Below are positions 38,181-48,779 of a stretch of 64,000 bases of DNA, piece after piece (within the stretch, counting starts at the first letter, position 1; each line of letters starts with the position of its first letter). Both the position numbers and the translations under genes were made by a program. The stretch covers positions 136,807 to 200,806 of the forward strand of contig JBGOEK010000002.1 in NCBI GenBank assembly GCA_041537945.1, read 5' to 3'. Below the pieces are notes generated by a model. It did no database searches. It saw nothing but the letters and a program-made list of their open reading frames with translations, and had not been told where the DNA came from. Source of the DNA: Candidatus Thermosaccharophagus yellowstonensis (GTDB taxonomy: Bacteria; Armatimonadota; Fervidibacteria; Fervidibacterales; Thermosaccharophagaceae).

Positions 38181-38205
38181 GCCACCGCAGTGTTAGCGTT
38201 ATAAT
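38177..38205 (+). promoter_or_regulatory. candidate sigma70-type promoter for 38245..39003
   Basis: TTGAGC (38177-38182), exact 17-nt spacer, consensus TATAAT (38200-38205), about 40 nt upstream of GTG 38245. Confidence 0.5.
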
Positions 38206-38244
38206 TGGCGTTGAAAAACGGTCCAACAACGGGGGTGTGACAAG

Positions 38245-39003
38245 GTGGCAAACTCCGAAGGCAAGTGGCGCGAGGATTTGAAGGTCTTCTTCACCGACTA
38301 CATGATGCCCATACTCATAGCGTTTGTGTTGATGTTCTTCGGCATCGGCTTAACCATCGTTTCATCGTTGCTCGTCTTGATTGGCGTCGTCATCGGGTTA
38401 GCATTATGCGTATTGGTTGGCGTCATCGGCGGTATCGCCATCTCGCTTGCCACAGCATCTGTGAGGATGGCTTTTTCAAACTTGCTATTTGGTCTCATCA
38501 CGCTTGCCTTCGCGGCATATTGCTTGCTCAGCGGTGATGTCTTTAGCGCTATTCTTGGTCTCGCTATTGGCTTAATGATTGGTTGGGTTGCACGCCCTTG
38601 GCGTGAGATACCAGAGCGTGCGAAGGTTGCCTCATCACACGCAACCGAACTTAAGCTCGGTGATGGTAGGACATACCGTGCCGTCTTCCTCAGACCAGAT
38701 ATGACGCTCGGGTTTGAACTGCCAGTATGGCAAAGCTCCATGCTCTGGTGCATAGTTGTGCTTTCGGTCATGGTTGGAGGGTTTGTGCTAAAGTGGTGGG
38801 GCTTCGTTTGGGGCTTGCTATCGGCATCAAGCATATGGAGCGGGATATGGTGGCTGTTTGTTGAGGCTGAGGCAAATGCCATGCTCTTCGGACAACTACT
38901 GCAAAGGGAGCAGATCAGCAAGAACCGTTTTGGGCAGGCGTTGTTGGGCATAGCTAAGCGTGTTAAGGAGTTTCTGTATGTTCATTTCCTGCGCTGGGCT
39001 TGA
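38245..39003 (+). CDS. integral membrane protein, function unknown
   Basis: 252 aa, Gly/Ile/Leu-rich TM helices in two clusters, no recognisable motif. Confidence 0.55.
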   Translation: MANSEGKWREDLKVFFTDYMMPILIAFVLMFFGIGLTIVSSLLVLIGVVIGLALCVLVGVIGGIAISLATASVRMAFSNLLFGLITLAFAAYCLLSGDVFSAILGLAIGLMIGWVARPWREIPERAKVASSHATELKLGDGRTYRAVFLRPDMTLGFELPVWQSSMLWCIVVLSVMVGGFVLKWWGFVWGLLSASSIWSGIWWLFVEAEANAMLFGQLLQREQISKNRFGQALLGIAKRVKEFLYVHFLRWA

Positions 39004-39042
39004 TCTTCTCCATCGCATACACTTTGGAGGAAACGGCGCAAG

Positions 39043-39744
39043 ATGCGTGTCCTTGTTTTCGGACCGCTGAGGGAAGCCTTTGGCTCAAGTGAAGTTGAGG
39101 TTGATGTGAGCCTGCCAATCAGCCCTCGCCAGCTCATTGAGAAGCTCTGTTTGAGCTTCCCCGATTGTGCACGGCTGTTGGAGCGTTGCCGTGTGGCTGT
39201 TGATGGCGAATATGTCAAGCTTGATGAGCTGATAGAGGATTGTGAAGAGGTTGCGCTCATACCGCCAGTTAGCGGTGGAGTTAATTTGGCTGACAACAAG
39301 ATAAGCGGGTGGCGTTGTGAGCTTACGGATAAACCGATAGATGTCGCCGAAGCGCTCAGATGGGCAATTGATGAGTTTGTGGGAGCGGTGACGCTTTTCG
39401 TTGGCGTTGTGCGCAAGCGCTCATCTTGTGATACGGACAAGGAAGTGATTGCGCTCAAATACGATGTGTATGAACGGATGGCAGAGAGGAAGCTGAACGA
39501 GATAGCGAAAGAGATATTTGAGTCGCACGGGCTGAGGAGACTTCTCATAATCCACAGGGTTGGCGAAGTGATGGCTGGCGAAGTTGCTGTTTTGATAGCT
39601 GCGTCTTCAGAGCATCGCCAAAGCTCCCTTGAGGCGTGCAAGGAAGCGATAGAGCGCATAAAGCGAGATGTGCCTCTATGGAAGAAAGAAGTGTTTTGCG
39701 ATAGCTCCATTTGGGTTGTTCCAGATGCAACTTGTGGCTCATAA
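39043..39744 (+). CDS. fused molybdopterin synthase: MoaD-like sulfur carrier + MoaE catalytic subunit
   Basis: The N-terminal 80 aa or so, MRVLVFGPLREAFG...EVALIPPVSGG, is MoaD with an internal Gly-Gly. The remainder (GAVTLFVGVVR...IIHRVGEV..GEVAVLIAASSEHRQ...PLWKKE) is MoaE. Confidence 0.85.
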   Translation: MRVLVFGPLREAFGSSEVEVDVSLPISPRQLIEKLCLSFPDCARLLERCRVAVDGEYVKLDELIEDCEEVALIPPVSGGVNLADNKISGWRCELTDKPIDVAEALRWAIDEFVGAVTLFVGVVRKRSSCDTDKEVIALKYDVYERMAERKLNEIAKEIFESHGLRRLLIIHRVGEVMAGEVAVLIAASSEHRQSSLEACKEAIERIKRDVPLWKKEVFCDSSIWVVPDATCGS

Positions 39745-39785
39745 CGCAAACTCAAATTTTAGTAGCCAATGGGGGAGTGGTGGGA

Positions 39786-40934
39786 GTGGAAGTCAGCATA
39801 GGTCGTGGTAAAGTCGCACGGGTAGCATACGGCTTTGACGATGTTGCGCTTGTGCCAGCAGCTCAGATGGTTGACCCAGATGATGTGGATGTGAAGTTGC
39901 AGATAGGTGAGTTAGTCCTTGAGATACCCATACTGGCTTCGGCTATGGATGCGGTAGTTGATGTTCGCCTTGCAGTGTTGATGTCTCGTCTTGGCGGGTT
40001 GGCAGTGCTCAACCTTGAGGGTTTGCAAACGAGGTATGAAGCGCCAGAGGAAGCGATTGAGCGAATAGTGAGAGCGCCCGCAGAGGAAGTTGTGGGAGTG
40101 CTCCAAGAAGTTTATCGTGAGCCGATAAAGGAAGAACTTGTCTACAAGCGTGTTAAGGAAGTGAAGGAGTTAGGCGGGAGGCTCGGGGTGGCAAGCACTC
40201 CAGCAAATGCTGAAAGGCTTTTGTTGATAGCTATGGAAGCGGGTGCTGATGTCGCTGTCATTCAATCCACCGTCACAACTGTCAGGTATGTCTCAAGTCG
40301 GCGTGAGCCATTGAACTGGAAATCCATAAGGGAAGCCATAAGAGCGCCATTGCTCGTTGGGAACTGCGTCACATATGAAGCAGCGGTTGAGCTTATGGAG
40401 GCAGGTGCTGATGGAATACTCGTTGGAGTTGGACCTGGTGCAGCCTGCACTACGAGGCAAGTGATAGGTGTTGGCGTCCCACAGATAACGGCGATAGCCG
40501 ATGTGGCTTCTGCAAGAGAAGATTTTTTGAAGCGCTCAAACAGATATGTGGTTGTGATAGCCGATGGGGGGATGCGCACTGGTGGCGATATAGCTAAGGC
40601 GATCGCAGCAGGTGCTGATGGCGTTATGATAGGCTCTCCAATAGCTTGCGCAGAGGAAGCACCAGGGAAGGGATACCATTGGGGCATGGCTGCACCACAC
40701 CCCGGCTTGCCAAGGGGCACAAGGGTGAAGGTGCCATATAGAGCACCACTTGAAACGATTCTGTTTGGTCCAGCGAGAAGGGAGGACGGAACACAGAACT
40801 TGGTTGGGGCACTCAAACTCTCGATGGCTACATGCGGTGCAAGGAACATAAAGGAGATGCAAAATGTTCAAATGGTAGTGGCACCAGCAATACAATCCGA
40901 GGGCAAGCTTCTACAGATGCGCGGAAGCAAATAG
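39786..40934 (+). CDS. GuaB3-type IMP dehydrogenase-related protein (no CBS insert)
   Basis: (M)EVSIGRGKVARVAYGFDDVALVP N-terminus is like GuaB3. TIM-barrel motifs GVGPGAACTTR and ADGGMRTGGDIAKA. GTG 39786 has GGGGGAG upstream; the track ORF start at 39711 overlaps MoaE. Confidence 0.8.
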   Translation: MEVSIGRGKVARVAYGFDDVALVPAAQMVDPDDVDVKLQIGELVLEIPILASAMDAVVDVRLAVLMSRLGGLAVLNLEGLQTRYEAPEEAIERIVRAPAEEVVGVLQEVYREPIKEELVYKRVKEVKELGGRLGVASTPANAERLLLIAMEAGADVAVIQSTVTTVRYVSSRREPLNWKSIREAIRAPLLVGNCVTYEAAVELMEAGADGILVGVGPGAACTTRQVIGVGVPQITAIADVASAREDFLKRSNRYVVVIADGGMRTGGDIAKAIAAGADGVMIGSPIACAEEAPGKGYHWGMAAPHPGLPRGTRVKVPYRAPLETILFGPARREDGTQNLVGALKLSMATCGARNIKEMQNVQMVVAPAIQSEGKLLQMRGSK

Positions 40935-40983
40935 CAATCTTCGAAGCGGTCTGTGATTCGCCTCATGTGGGGGTTCGGTTGCG

Positions 40984-42528
40984 ATGAGCAGTAATCGCCC
41001 CGATGAATTCATACTCGTCATAGACTTTGGAGCTCAATACTCACAACTCATAGCGAGGCGGATAAGGGAGTGCAAGGTTTACTCGGAGATAGTTCCGTAT
41101 GATGTGCCGTTTGAGGAAGTGCTTTCGATGCGCCCCAAAGGGATAATCCTGTCTGGCGGACAAGCGAGCGTGTATGATGAGAATTCACCAAAGTGCGATA
41201 GGAGGCTGTTTGAAGCCGGCATACCGATACTCGGCATTTGCTATGGCGCACAACTTATAGCGCACATGCTTGGTGGTGAGGTGCGCCCAGCAAAGCATGC
41301 TGAATACGGTAGAACACAACTTCAAGTGCTCGATGATTCTGATCTTTTTGAAGGCTTGAACCCAGAGCTCGTCTGCTGGATGAGCCATAGCGATGTCATA
41401 ACGCGTCCGCCAAGCGGGTTCAAGGTAACCGCAAAAACCGCTAACTCGCCTGTAGCTGCAATGTCACATCCGCAAAGGAAAATCTATGGCGTGCTCTTCC
41501 ACCCAGAAGTTTCGCATACACCTTGGGGCATTGAAATACTGCGCAACTTCGCATACAAGATCTGCGGATGCGAAAAGACTTGGACGCCAACATCGTTCAT
41601 CAACTCAGCAATAGCCGAGATAAGGGAAAGAGTCGGGAGGGAGAAGGTCATATGCGCGTTGAGCGGTGGCGTTGATTCAACAACGACGGCAGTTTTAGTC
41701 CACAAGGCTGTCGGTGATCAGCTGACTTGCATATTCGTTGATCATGGCTTTATGAGGAAGGGCGAACCCGAGAAAGTCGTTGAAACATTCACACGCAACT
41801 TCAAAGTTAACTTGATCCACATCAATGCTTCGGAGAGATTTCTCAAGCGCTTGAAAGGTGTCACAGATCCAGAGATGAAGAGGAAGATAATCGGCGAGGA
41901 GTTTGTCAGGGTCTTTGAGGAGGAGGCGAGAAAACTCGGCAAGGTGAGGTTCTTGGCACAAGGGACTCTATACCCAGATGTGATTGAAAGTGGCTCAAAG
42001 TATGCTGCCAAGATAAAGACACATCATAATGTTGGTGGGCTACCAGAGAAGATGCAGTTTGAGTTGATCGAGCCGTTGCGCTACTTGTTCAAAGATGAAG
42101 TGAGGGCTGTGGCTGAACAGTTGGGCATACCACCTGAGTTGGCATGGAGACACCCATTTCCAGGTCCTGGGTTGGCTATACGCATACTCGGTGAGGTGAC
42201 ACCAGAGCGCCTCGAAATATTGCGCGAGGCTGACGCCATAGTGACGGAGGAGATAATGCGCGCTGGGTTGTATAGGCAATTGTGGCAAGCTTTCGCTGTC
42301 CTACTGCCCGTGAAAACTACGGGCGTCCAAGGCGATAGAAGAACATACGCATATGCTATCGCTCTCAGGAGCGTTGTAAGTGAGGATGGGATGACCGCAG
42401 ATTGGGCAAGGATACCATATGAGGTGCTCGAAAGGATCGCAAACAGGATATGCAATGAGGTGAGGGGTGTAAACAGGCTCGTTTACGATGTCACATCGAA
42501 ACCGCCAGCTACAATTGAGTGGGAGTAG
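40984..42528 (+). CDS. guaA: glutamine-hydrolysing GMP synthase
   Basis: GATase domain ([10 protein letters not shown]), ATP pyrophosphatase SGGVDS, C-terminal ...PPATIEWE. Confidence 0.97.
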   Translation: MSSNRPDEFILVIDFGAQYSQLIARRIRECKVYSEIVPYDVPFEEVLSMRPKGIILSGGQASVYDENSPKCDRRLFEAGIPILGICYGAQLIAHMLGGEVRPAKHAEYGRTQLQVLDDSDLFEGLNPELVCWMSHSDVITRPPSGFKVTAKTANSPVAAMSHPQRKIYGVLFHPEVSHTPWGIEILRNFAYKICGCEKTWTPTSFINSAIAEIRERVGREKVICALSGGVDSTTTAVLVHKAVGDQLTCIFVDHGFMRKGEPEKVVETFTRNFKVNLIHINASERFLKRLKGVTDPEMKRKIIGEEFVRVFEEEARKLGKVRFLAQGTLYPDVIESGSKYAAKIKTHHNVGGLPEKMQFELIEPLRYLFKDEVRAVAEQLGIPPELAWRHPFPGPGLAIRILGEVTPERLEILREADAIVTEEIMRAGLYRQLWQAFAVLLPVKTTGVQGDRRTYAYAIALRSVVSEDGMTADWARIPYEVLERIANRICNEVRGVNRLVYDVTSKPPATIEWE

Positions 42529-42543
42529 CGGGAGTGATGTCAG

Positions 42544-43104
42544 ATGGTTACCACACGCAACTTGCACGCCGACATACAAGAGGTGCTCATAACGGCTGAG
42601 GAAATACAAAAGCGTGTTGCCGAACTTGGTGAAGCAATATCAAGGGACTACGAAGGTAAAGACCCGTTGCTCGTAGGCGTGCTCAGGGGCGCTGCCATAT
42701 TCCTCGCAGATTTGGTCAGGCACATAACCATACCAGTTTCGTATGACTTCGTCGCCATAAGCAGTTATGGGACAGATACGAAGACGACCGGCATTGTGCG
42801 CATCATAAAAGATCTGGATGAGAGCGTCCAAAGCAGGCATGTCATCATCGTCGAAGACATCGTTGATACTGGTCTCACACTCAACTACATCCTGAAGATG
42901 GTCAAGGCGAGGAATCCTGCGAGCGTGCGCGTCTGTGCGTTGCTCGATAAACCTGCAAGGAGAAAGGTGCATGTTGAGATCCACTACCTTGGGTTTACCA
43001 TTCCCGATGTTTTCGTTGTCGGTTACGGGCTCGACTTCGCTCAGCATTATCGCAACTTGCCGTATGTAGGAGTCCTTCGCCCCGAAATCTATGCTGGCGG
43101 ATAA
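42544..43104 (+). CDS. hpt: hypoxanthine phosphoribosyltransferase
   Basis: LLVGVLRGAAIFLADL and the PRPP motif VIIVEDIVDTGLTL. Confidence 0.93.
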   Translation: MVTTRNLHADIQEVLITAEEIQKRVAELGEAISRDYEGKDPLLVGVLRGAAIFLADLVRHITIPVSYDFVAISSYGTDTKTTGIVRIIKDLDESVQSRHVIIVEDIVDTGLTLNYILKMVKARNPASVRVCALLDKPARRKVHVEIHYLGFTIPDVFVVGYGLDFAQHYRNLPYVGVLRPEIYAGG

Positions 43105-43330
43105 CGACATGGTTAGCTTGCGAGTAAGTGGTGCATTAACTTTAAGTAAGTGGGAAGCCGAAGATGCCCTCAAGAAACCACAGCCTTATAGAGGAGCACT
43201 TCAAATTGGCTCCCGCAACTTAGCTCACTGGTTAGAAGGTTCTTTTGAGAGAACAGAAGTTGCATGCCTGCGGGCTTGCAGATGATGCCTCAAGAACTTC
43301 TAATCCAACCACCGAGAGGGTGATAGAGAA

Positions 43331-44686
43331 ATGAGCATGACAAGGGAGATGGAACCAGATGTTGAATTTGCAGAACTCGAAGCAAAGACGCTCACCGAGC
43401 TCAAAGAGATAGCAAAGGAGATGGGCATATCTGGCTACACCTCCCTAAGGAAGGATGAGCTCATCTTTCGTATACTGGAGGAGTTCGCTCACCGACGCGG
43501 TTTGCTGTTCAAGAAGGGAGTGCTTGAGATAACGAACGATGGGCGTGGTTACCTGCATGTTGACGGATACCTCCCAAGCAACGAAGATGTTTATGTTGCG
43601 CCCGCACAGATAAAGCGCTTCGGGTTGAGGACTGGGGACTTGGTATGGGGAGAGGTGCGCCCACCGAAAGAGACGGAACGCTACTACAGCTTGCTACGCA
43701 TAAGAGCCATAAACAAGGAAGACCCAGAGAAGATCCGTCAGCGCCCGCACTTTGAGTCACTGATACCGATCTTCCCTAACGAGAGACTTAGGCTCGAGAT
43801 ACCGCCAGAGAAACTTGAGAAGCTCAAAGTGGATGAGAAACTCAAGATAGACCCGTTGTCGGCTCGAGTCATTGACTTAATCGCACCGATAGGTAAGGGG
43901 CAAAGAGGACTCATAGTCTCGCCACCTAAAGCTGGTAAGACAACACTGCTTAAAACCATTGCATCTTCAATCCTCGTGAACCATCCAGAATGCATCGTCA
44001 TCGTCCTACTTGTTGATGAGCGTCCCGAAGAGGTAACCGATTTCAGGAGGACGATGGAAGCGCTGATCAAAGCCTTGAAGGAGCCAGTGGAGGTGGAGGT
44101 TGTAGCATCCACATTCGACAAACCACCGAGCGAGCACATGAAGGTAACCGAACTCGTTTTGGAGAGGGCGAAAAGGCTCGTAGAGCATGAAAAGGATGTC
44201 GTCATATTGCTTGATGGAATCACAAGGTTCACTCGCGCCTCAAACATTGATGTTGAGCCAAGCGGTAAAACGCTCTCTGGAGGGCTTGACCCAGCTGCGC
44301 TTCGCCGCCCAAAGCGCTTCTTCGGTGCTGCGAGAAAGATTGATAAAGGTGGAAGCCTCACAATCATAGCGACAGCGTTGATCGACACTGGCTCAAGGAT
44401 GGACGAGGTCATATTTGAGGAGTTCAAAGGCACTGGAAATATGGAGCTCGTGCTTGACAGACGCCTCGCTGAAAGACGCATATTTCCAGCGATTGATGTC
44501 CTTCGTTCTGGCACAAGACGCGAGGAAGAGCTCTTCACACCTAAGGAGTTGGCTGCAGTTTGGAAGTTGAGGAGGGCGCTCAACTCAATCGACCCATCAC
44601 AGGCTACGGAAAGGCTGATAGAACTGCTGAGGAAGACGAAGACGAACGCTGAGTTCTTGGCTATGATTGATCGCCAGTTCGGATAA
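43331..44686 (+). CDS. rho: transcription termination factor Rho
   Basis: Rho_N (LTELKEIAKEMGISGY), RNA-binding OB region, Walker A PPKAGKTTLL, and RecA-type ATPase core. A 226-nt leader lies upstream. Confidence 0.97.
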   Translation: MSMTREMEPDVEFAELEAKTLTELKEIAKEMGISGYTSLRKDELIFRILEEFAHRRGLLFKKGVLEITNDGRGYLHVDGYLPSNEDVYVAPAQIKRFGLRTGDLVWGEVRPPKETERYYSLLRIRAINKEDPEKIRQRPHFESLIPIFPNERLRLEIPPEKLEKLKVDEKLKIDPLSARVIDLIAPIGKGQRGLIVSPPKAGKTTLLKTIASSILVNHPECIVIVLLVDERPEEVTDFRRTMEALIKALKEPVEVEVVASTFDKPPSEHMKVTELVLERAKRLVEHEKDVVILLDGITRFTRASNIDVEPSGKTLSGGLDPAALRRPKRFFGAARKIDKGGSLTIIATALIDTGSRMDEVIFEEFKGTGNMELVLDRRLAERRIFPAIDVLRSGTRREEELFTPKELAAVWKLRRALNSIDPSQATERLIELLRKTKTNAEFLAMIDRQFG

Positions 44687-44724
44687 TGCTCACAATGCTT
44701 AGCAGGATGAAAAAGCACCTTGCA

Positions 44725-45411
44725 TCAATGCCAAACATACTCAAACAAGGCAAGCGAAAGCAACACCATGATCGACAGGTAAAGCGCAAACCAAAAGATG
44801 TGAGCGAAAGGCAACACCCCACTTGAAAGACACATGGCAGTGCACTCAACCGCTGGGATCAACAAAGGGAGCAACAAAGGGAATGCTAAAACAACCATAA
44901 GCTGTGAGCGTGCCTTAGCTTTCGCTATCAGCGCCGAGAGCAATGTCCCACACACAGTTAAGCCAAGCACTGCAAATATCATCGTGAACGCCAACAGCGA
45001 GAGAACCTTAATGCTCATCCCATCACCCCAACCCCACATGACTACGGCGAGCGAGAAGAGGAGAAGAAGAACTGCGCATGTGAAAATGGTGTTGTGAAGC
45101 CACTTTGAGAGGAAGACAGGAGATGGCGATGCCACCAATCGAAGCATTGACGCCGTCTGCTTCTCTTCCTCTCTGGCGAAAGTTGCGGGCATGCCCAACA
45201 GCGCTGCGAATGTGAGGGTCAGCCAGAAAAGCATAGCGTATCCCATCCTGTCAAAGTTGGAGCGCACCGAAATTATGCTCACGAGCATGAAGGAGATGAT
45301 TCCGAAGCCAACCCCCGAGACGATGTTGTGCTTCGTGCGCCACTCAACTTTCAAATCCTTTATGAGCAAGATGAATGTTTGCCTTACCCAAGTTGATGAG
45401 CGCTGTTGCAT
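44725..45411 (-). CDS. CcmB-like heme-exporter ABC permease
   Basis: Six TM helices. FAREEEKQTASMLRLVASPSPVFLSKWL aligns by eye with the E. coli CcmB segment FRDDLQDGSLEQLMLLPLPLPAVVLAKVM (from memory). The annotated start overlaps the upstream ATPase by 68 nt, so the true start may be downstream. Confidence 0.65.
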   Translation of the reverse strand: MQQRSSTWVRQTFILLIKDLKVEWRTKHNIVSGVGFGIISFMLVSIISVRSNFDRMGYAMLFWLTLTFAALLGMPATFAREEEKQTASMLRLVASPSPVFLSKWLHNTIFTCAVLLLLFSLAVVMWGWGDGMSIKVLSLLAFTMIFAVLGLTVCGTLLSALIAKAKARSQLMVVLAFPLLLPLLIPAVECTAMCLSSGVLPFAHIFWFALYLSIMVLLSLALFEYVWH

Positions 45412-46066
45412 TTTTCACTTCACCTTCATCGCATGTTGTCCAAACGACAATCCCTCCGTTCCCTCTCACTTCCTTCACAACACAGGTGAGCAACTCACGC
45501 CCTGACAGATCCAAGTTAACCGTCGGCTCATCAAGCATCAGGAAAAGCGGATTTGCAACACATGCTATGGCGAACTTCAACCTCTGTCTAATCCCCGAAG
45601 AGAGCGAACTCACTGGTTGATCGGCATAGCGCTTGAGCTGGAACTTCTCCATGAGCTCATCCAATGACTCCCTGCTCATGTAGCATCCTCGCCCCGATTT
45701 GGAAACCATCGCAAGATCCTCTCCAGCCAATTGCCGACGCTGTAAAAGCTTCAACGAGGCGAAGAGGCTCAAGTTTTCATAAGCTGTTAGTTCTTCATAT
45801 GGTTCGCACGCTTCAAGCACCGCCCCAACGAACGGGAGGGCTTCCGTTGGCGTGTAGCTTCTGCCATTGACGATGAACTGGATCTCCCCGCCACTTTTTT
45901 CCACCAACCCCAAGAGGCACATGATGAGCGTTGTCTTTCCCGAACCGTTCGGACCGACGACGAGAATGCAATCGCCACTGCGAGCACGGAACGAAAGCCT
46001 GTTTAGAACGCCCATATCACCATACCACTTGGAAAGGTTTGAGACAACAAGTTGCACCTCAGGCAT
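45344..46066 (-). CDS. ABC transporter ATP-binding protein (CcmA-like)
   Basis: Walker A GPNGSGKTTL, signature LSSGIRQR, Walker B LMLDEP. Confidence 0.85.
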   Translation of the reverse strand: MPEVQLVVSNLSKWYGDMGVLNRLSFRARSGDCILVVGPNGSGKTTLIMCLLGLVEKSGGEIQFIVNGRSYTPTEALPFVGAVLEACEPYEELTAYENLSLFASLKLLQRRQLAGEDLAMVSKSGRGCYMSRESLDELMEKFQLKRYADQPVSSLSSGIRQRLKFAIACVANPLFLMLDEPTVNLDLSGRELLTCVVKEVRGNGGIVVWTTCDEGEVKNATALINLGKANIHLAHKGFES

Positions 46067-46300
46067 GTAGGCTCACCATCTTTTGTTTTTGATAGCCACC
46101 ATCAAACGCTGTGCGTTTCAAACTTGCGCCAACCTAACCGCTCACCTAATTATCATTTACACGCCTCGTTGAATGTGGCATCATACGGAAAAGGGTGACC
46201 CCACTAATTGAAATCGCCAATCAGTATGCATCCCTTTGGCAATCACAGCGGTATGCTTACAGCTTAGTCACCCGAGCCATCCGAGCGAGGGCTGGTTGAG

Positions 46301-48763
46301 ATGGCAAGATATGCGCAAGTGTGCATTGACACTCAACTTTCAGCCATCGATAAGCCGCTCACCTACTCTATACCGATGGAGCTTTCGGGGAAAGTCTTCT
46401 TGGGCATCCCTGTGCTTGTGCCCTTGCACTCAATCTTCGTGACTGGATATGTAGTTGGGTTGAGCGATGAAGCTGATATTGAGCATGAGCGCATAAAGCC
46501 GATAGTGAAAGTGCTCTGGGAAAAACCACTGTTTGATGAAGAGCTCCTTAGGTTGGCTAAGTGGGTAAGCGATTACTACCACTGCCCATTGTTTGATGCG
46601 CTTAAGCTCGTGATACCACCCGGGTGGCAACAAGGCATTGAAGAGAAGGTTTGGGTTGAGGACTTAGATGCAGCCATAGCGTGGGTGAAAAGCAAAGGGA
46701 AGCGCTCACCTAAGCAGGCAGAGGTGTTGAGCAAATTGATAGATGCCTCCGAACCAGTCCCCCTTAAAGAATTGCGTGAGGAGTTCGGTTCATCGGTGAG
46801 GCAACTTCTTAGAGGGCTCGTTGATGCGGGCATCGTCAAGATAGCGAGGAGCGAACGGGCTCGCATGCCATCAATGGTGAAGCGTCAGGCAGCAAAGATC
46901 ACTGACGCAGGCGTTGAAGCGCTCAAGCAGAATGAGGTCAACCTCTCGGAGAAGCATCGGTTACTGCTTGAGAGGCTCTTTCAGGCGGATGCACCAGTCA
47001 CATTGGCACGGCTTGAAGACGAAGGTTTTGCAAGGAGCACAGTTGAGGCGCTCGCCATAAGAGGGTTCGTTGAGATCGTTGAAATCGTAGTTCCGAGGGT
47101 TGGCGAACTCGGACCAGAGGGCTTTGAAGTCCCACCAGAAAAGATCGTCCTTACGGATGAGCAGAGGGAGGCGATAGAGGGAATAGTGAAAAGTATCGAT
47201 GAAGGCAATTTCAATGTCATCGTCCTTCACGGAGTGACTGCGAGTGGTAAAACAGAAGTTTACCTGAGAGCGATTGAGCATGTGATCAGCATCGGGGGGC
47301 AAACCATATTCCTCGTCCCAGAGATAGCTTTGACAGCTCAAGCTGCAGCCATATTCCGATACAGGCTCGGTGAGAGGGTGGCTATACTGCACAGCGCATT
47401 GAGTGTTGGCGCAAGGTTTGAAGAGTGGATGCGCATCGCAAACGATGAAGTTGATGTTGTCATAGGACCTCGCTCTGCAGTTTTCGCCCCAGTGAAGAGG
47501 TTGAGGCTCGTCGTCGTGGACGAGGAGCAGGATGAGTCATACAAACAGGAGGCAACACCAAGATACAACGCACGCGATGTCTCGCTTGTCCGTGCCAAGT
47601 GGAATAACGCAACAGTTGTCCTCGGCAGTGCCACCCCATCCGTTGAAACTTACTACAAGGCGCTCATCGGTAGGTATAAGCTGATAAAGCTTTGCAAGCG
47701 AATTGATGATAGACCTTTACCGACTGTGCACATCATTGATATGCGAAAGGCATCGATGAAGCGCTCAAGATGGCTTAGCGATGTCCTGCTTGACGCGATG
47801 GAGAGGAGGCTTGAGAAGGGTGAGCAGGTCATCCTGTTCCTGAACAGGCGTGGCTTCGCGCCGTTCGTCATGTGCACGGAGTGTGGTTCGGTTGAGACAT
47901 GCCCAAACTGCGCCGTCTCTTTGACACTGCACAAGGATAGGGGCATGTTGCTCTGCCACCACTGCAATTACAGCGTTCAGGCAACAAATGTGTGCAGGTC
48001 GTGTGGGAGCGAAACGGTAGCTATGACGGGCGCTGGGACTGAAAGGATTGAGCAAGAGGTGAGCACGCTACTGCCGATGGCTAAAGTGTTGCGCATGGAC
48101 AGAGATACAACCCAAAGGCGTGGCTCTCATTCAGCCATACTTAGCGCCATAAGAAAAGGTGAAGCGAATGTGCTCGTTGGAACTCAGATGGTTACCAAAG
48201 GGCTTGACTTCCCAAATGTTACGCTTGTGGGTGTGCTAAACGCTGACATCGGGCTCAACTTCCCAGACTATAGAGCATCTGAGAGGGTCTTCCAACTCCT
48301 CTCACAGGTCGCAGGGAGAGCGGGGAGAGGAAAACAACCAGGTGAGGTGTTCATTCAGACATACAACCCACAGCATTACGCCATAATAGCAAGCGCAACT
48401 CACAACTACGATAGCTTCTTCAAGCGTGAACTGCTTCAAAGGAGAGAACCTCCATATCCGCCTTTCGCATACTTGATTGATGTCGTTGCAAGCGATGAAG
48501 ATGAGAGGAAGGCTTTTGAGGCGATAAACACCGCCATCAATGTGGTGCGCATGACGATGCTAAAGAGGGGAGAGGTGGCAACACTGCTTGGACCTGCTCC
48601 ATGTCTTGTGCCGAAGTTGCGTGGGCAATACCGTTTCCATTTCCTCCTGCGCAGCAAGAGCCGTAAACTTTTGATGGAACTCATGAAGGAAGCGCTTGAG
48701 CTGATGGATAGAAACTTGAGGGCAAAGCTAAGCATAGATGTCGACCCGATGATGATCTACTGA
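46301..48763 (+). CDS. priA: primosomal protein N' (replication restart helicase PriA)
   Basis: Walker A HGVTASGKTEVY, DExx box VVDEEQDESYK, and the Cys-rich zinc insertion CTECGSVETCPNCAVSLTLH...CHHCNY...CRSCGS. Confidence 0.95.
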   Translation: MARYAQVCIDTQLSAIDKPLTYSIPMELSGKVFLGIPVLVPLHSIFVTGYVVGLSDEADIEHERIKPIVKVLWEKPLFDEELLRLAKWVSDYYHCPLFDALKLVIPPGWQQGIEEKVWVEDLDAAIAWVKSKGKRSPKQAEVLSKLIDASEPVPLKELREEFGSSVRQLLRGLVDAGIVKIARSERARMPSMVKRQAAKITDAGVEALKQNEVNLSEKHRLLLERLFQADAPVTLARLEDEGFARSTVEALAIRGFVEIVEIVVPRVGELGPEGFEVPPEKIVLTDEQREAIEGIVKSIDEGNFNVIVLHGVTASGKTEVYLRAIEHVISIGGQTIFLVPEIALTAQAAAIFRYRLGERVAILHSALSVGARFEEWMRIANDEVDVVIGPRSAVFAPVKRLRLVVVDEEQDESYKQEATPRYNARDVSLVRAKWNNATVVLGSATPSVETYYKALIGRYKLIKLCKRIDDRPLPTVHIIDMRKASMKRSRWLSDVLLDAMERRLEKGEQVILFLNRRGFAPFVMCTECGSVETCPNCAVSLTLHKDRGMLLCHHCNYSVQATNVCRSCGSETVAMTGAGTERIEQEVSTLLPMAKVLRMDRDTTQRRGSHSAILSAIRKGEANVLVGTQMVTKGLDFPNVTLVGVLNADIGLNFPDYRASERVFQLLSQVAGRAGRGKQPGEVFIQTYNPQHYAIIASATHNYDSFFKRELLQRREPPYPPFAYLIDVVASDEDERKAFEAINTAINVVRMTMLKRGEVATLLGPAPCLVPKLRGQYRFHFLLRSKSRKLLMELMKEALELMDRNLRAKLSIDVDPMMIY

Positions 48764-48779
48764 GGAGGGACGCTTCCTC

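Noticed and set aside
38982-39755. 257-aa minus-strand ORF
   Set aside because: It is Ser/Thr-rich and low-complexity, and lies entirely antisense to the MoaD-MoaE fusion, which has clear family motifs. It is a shadow ORF.
43738-44718. 326-aa minus-strand ORF
   Set aside because: It is antisense to rho across most of its length and Ser-rich with no motifs. It is a shadow ORF.
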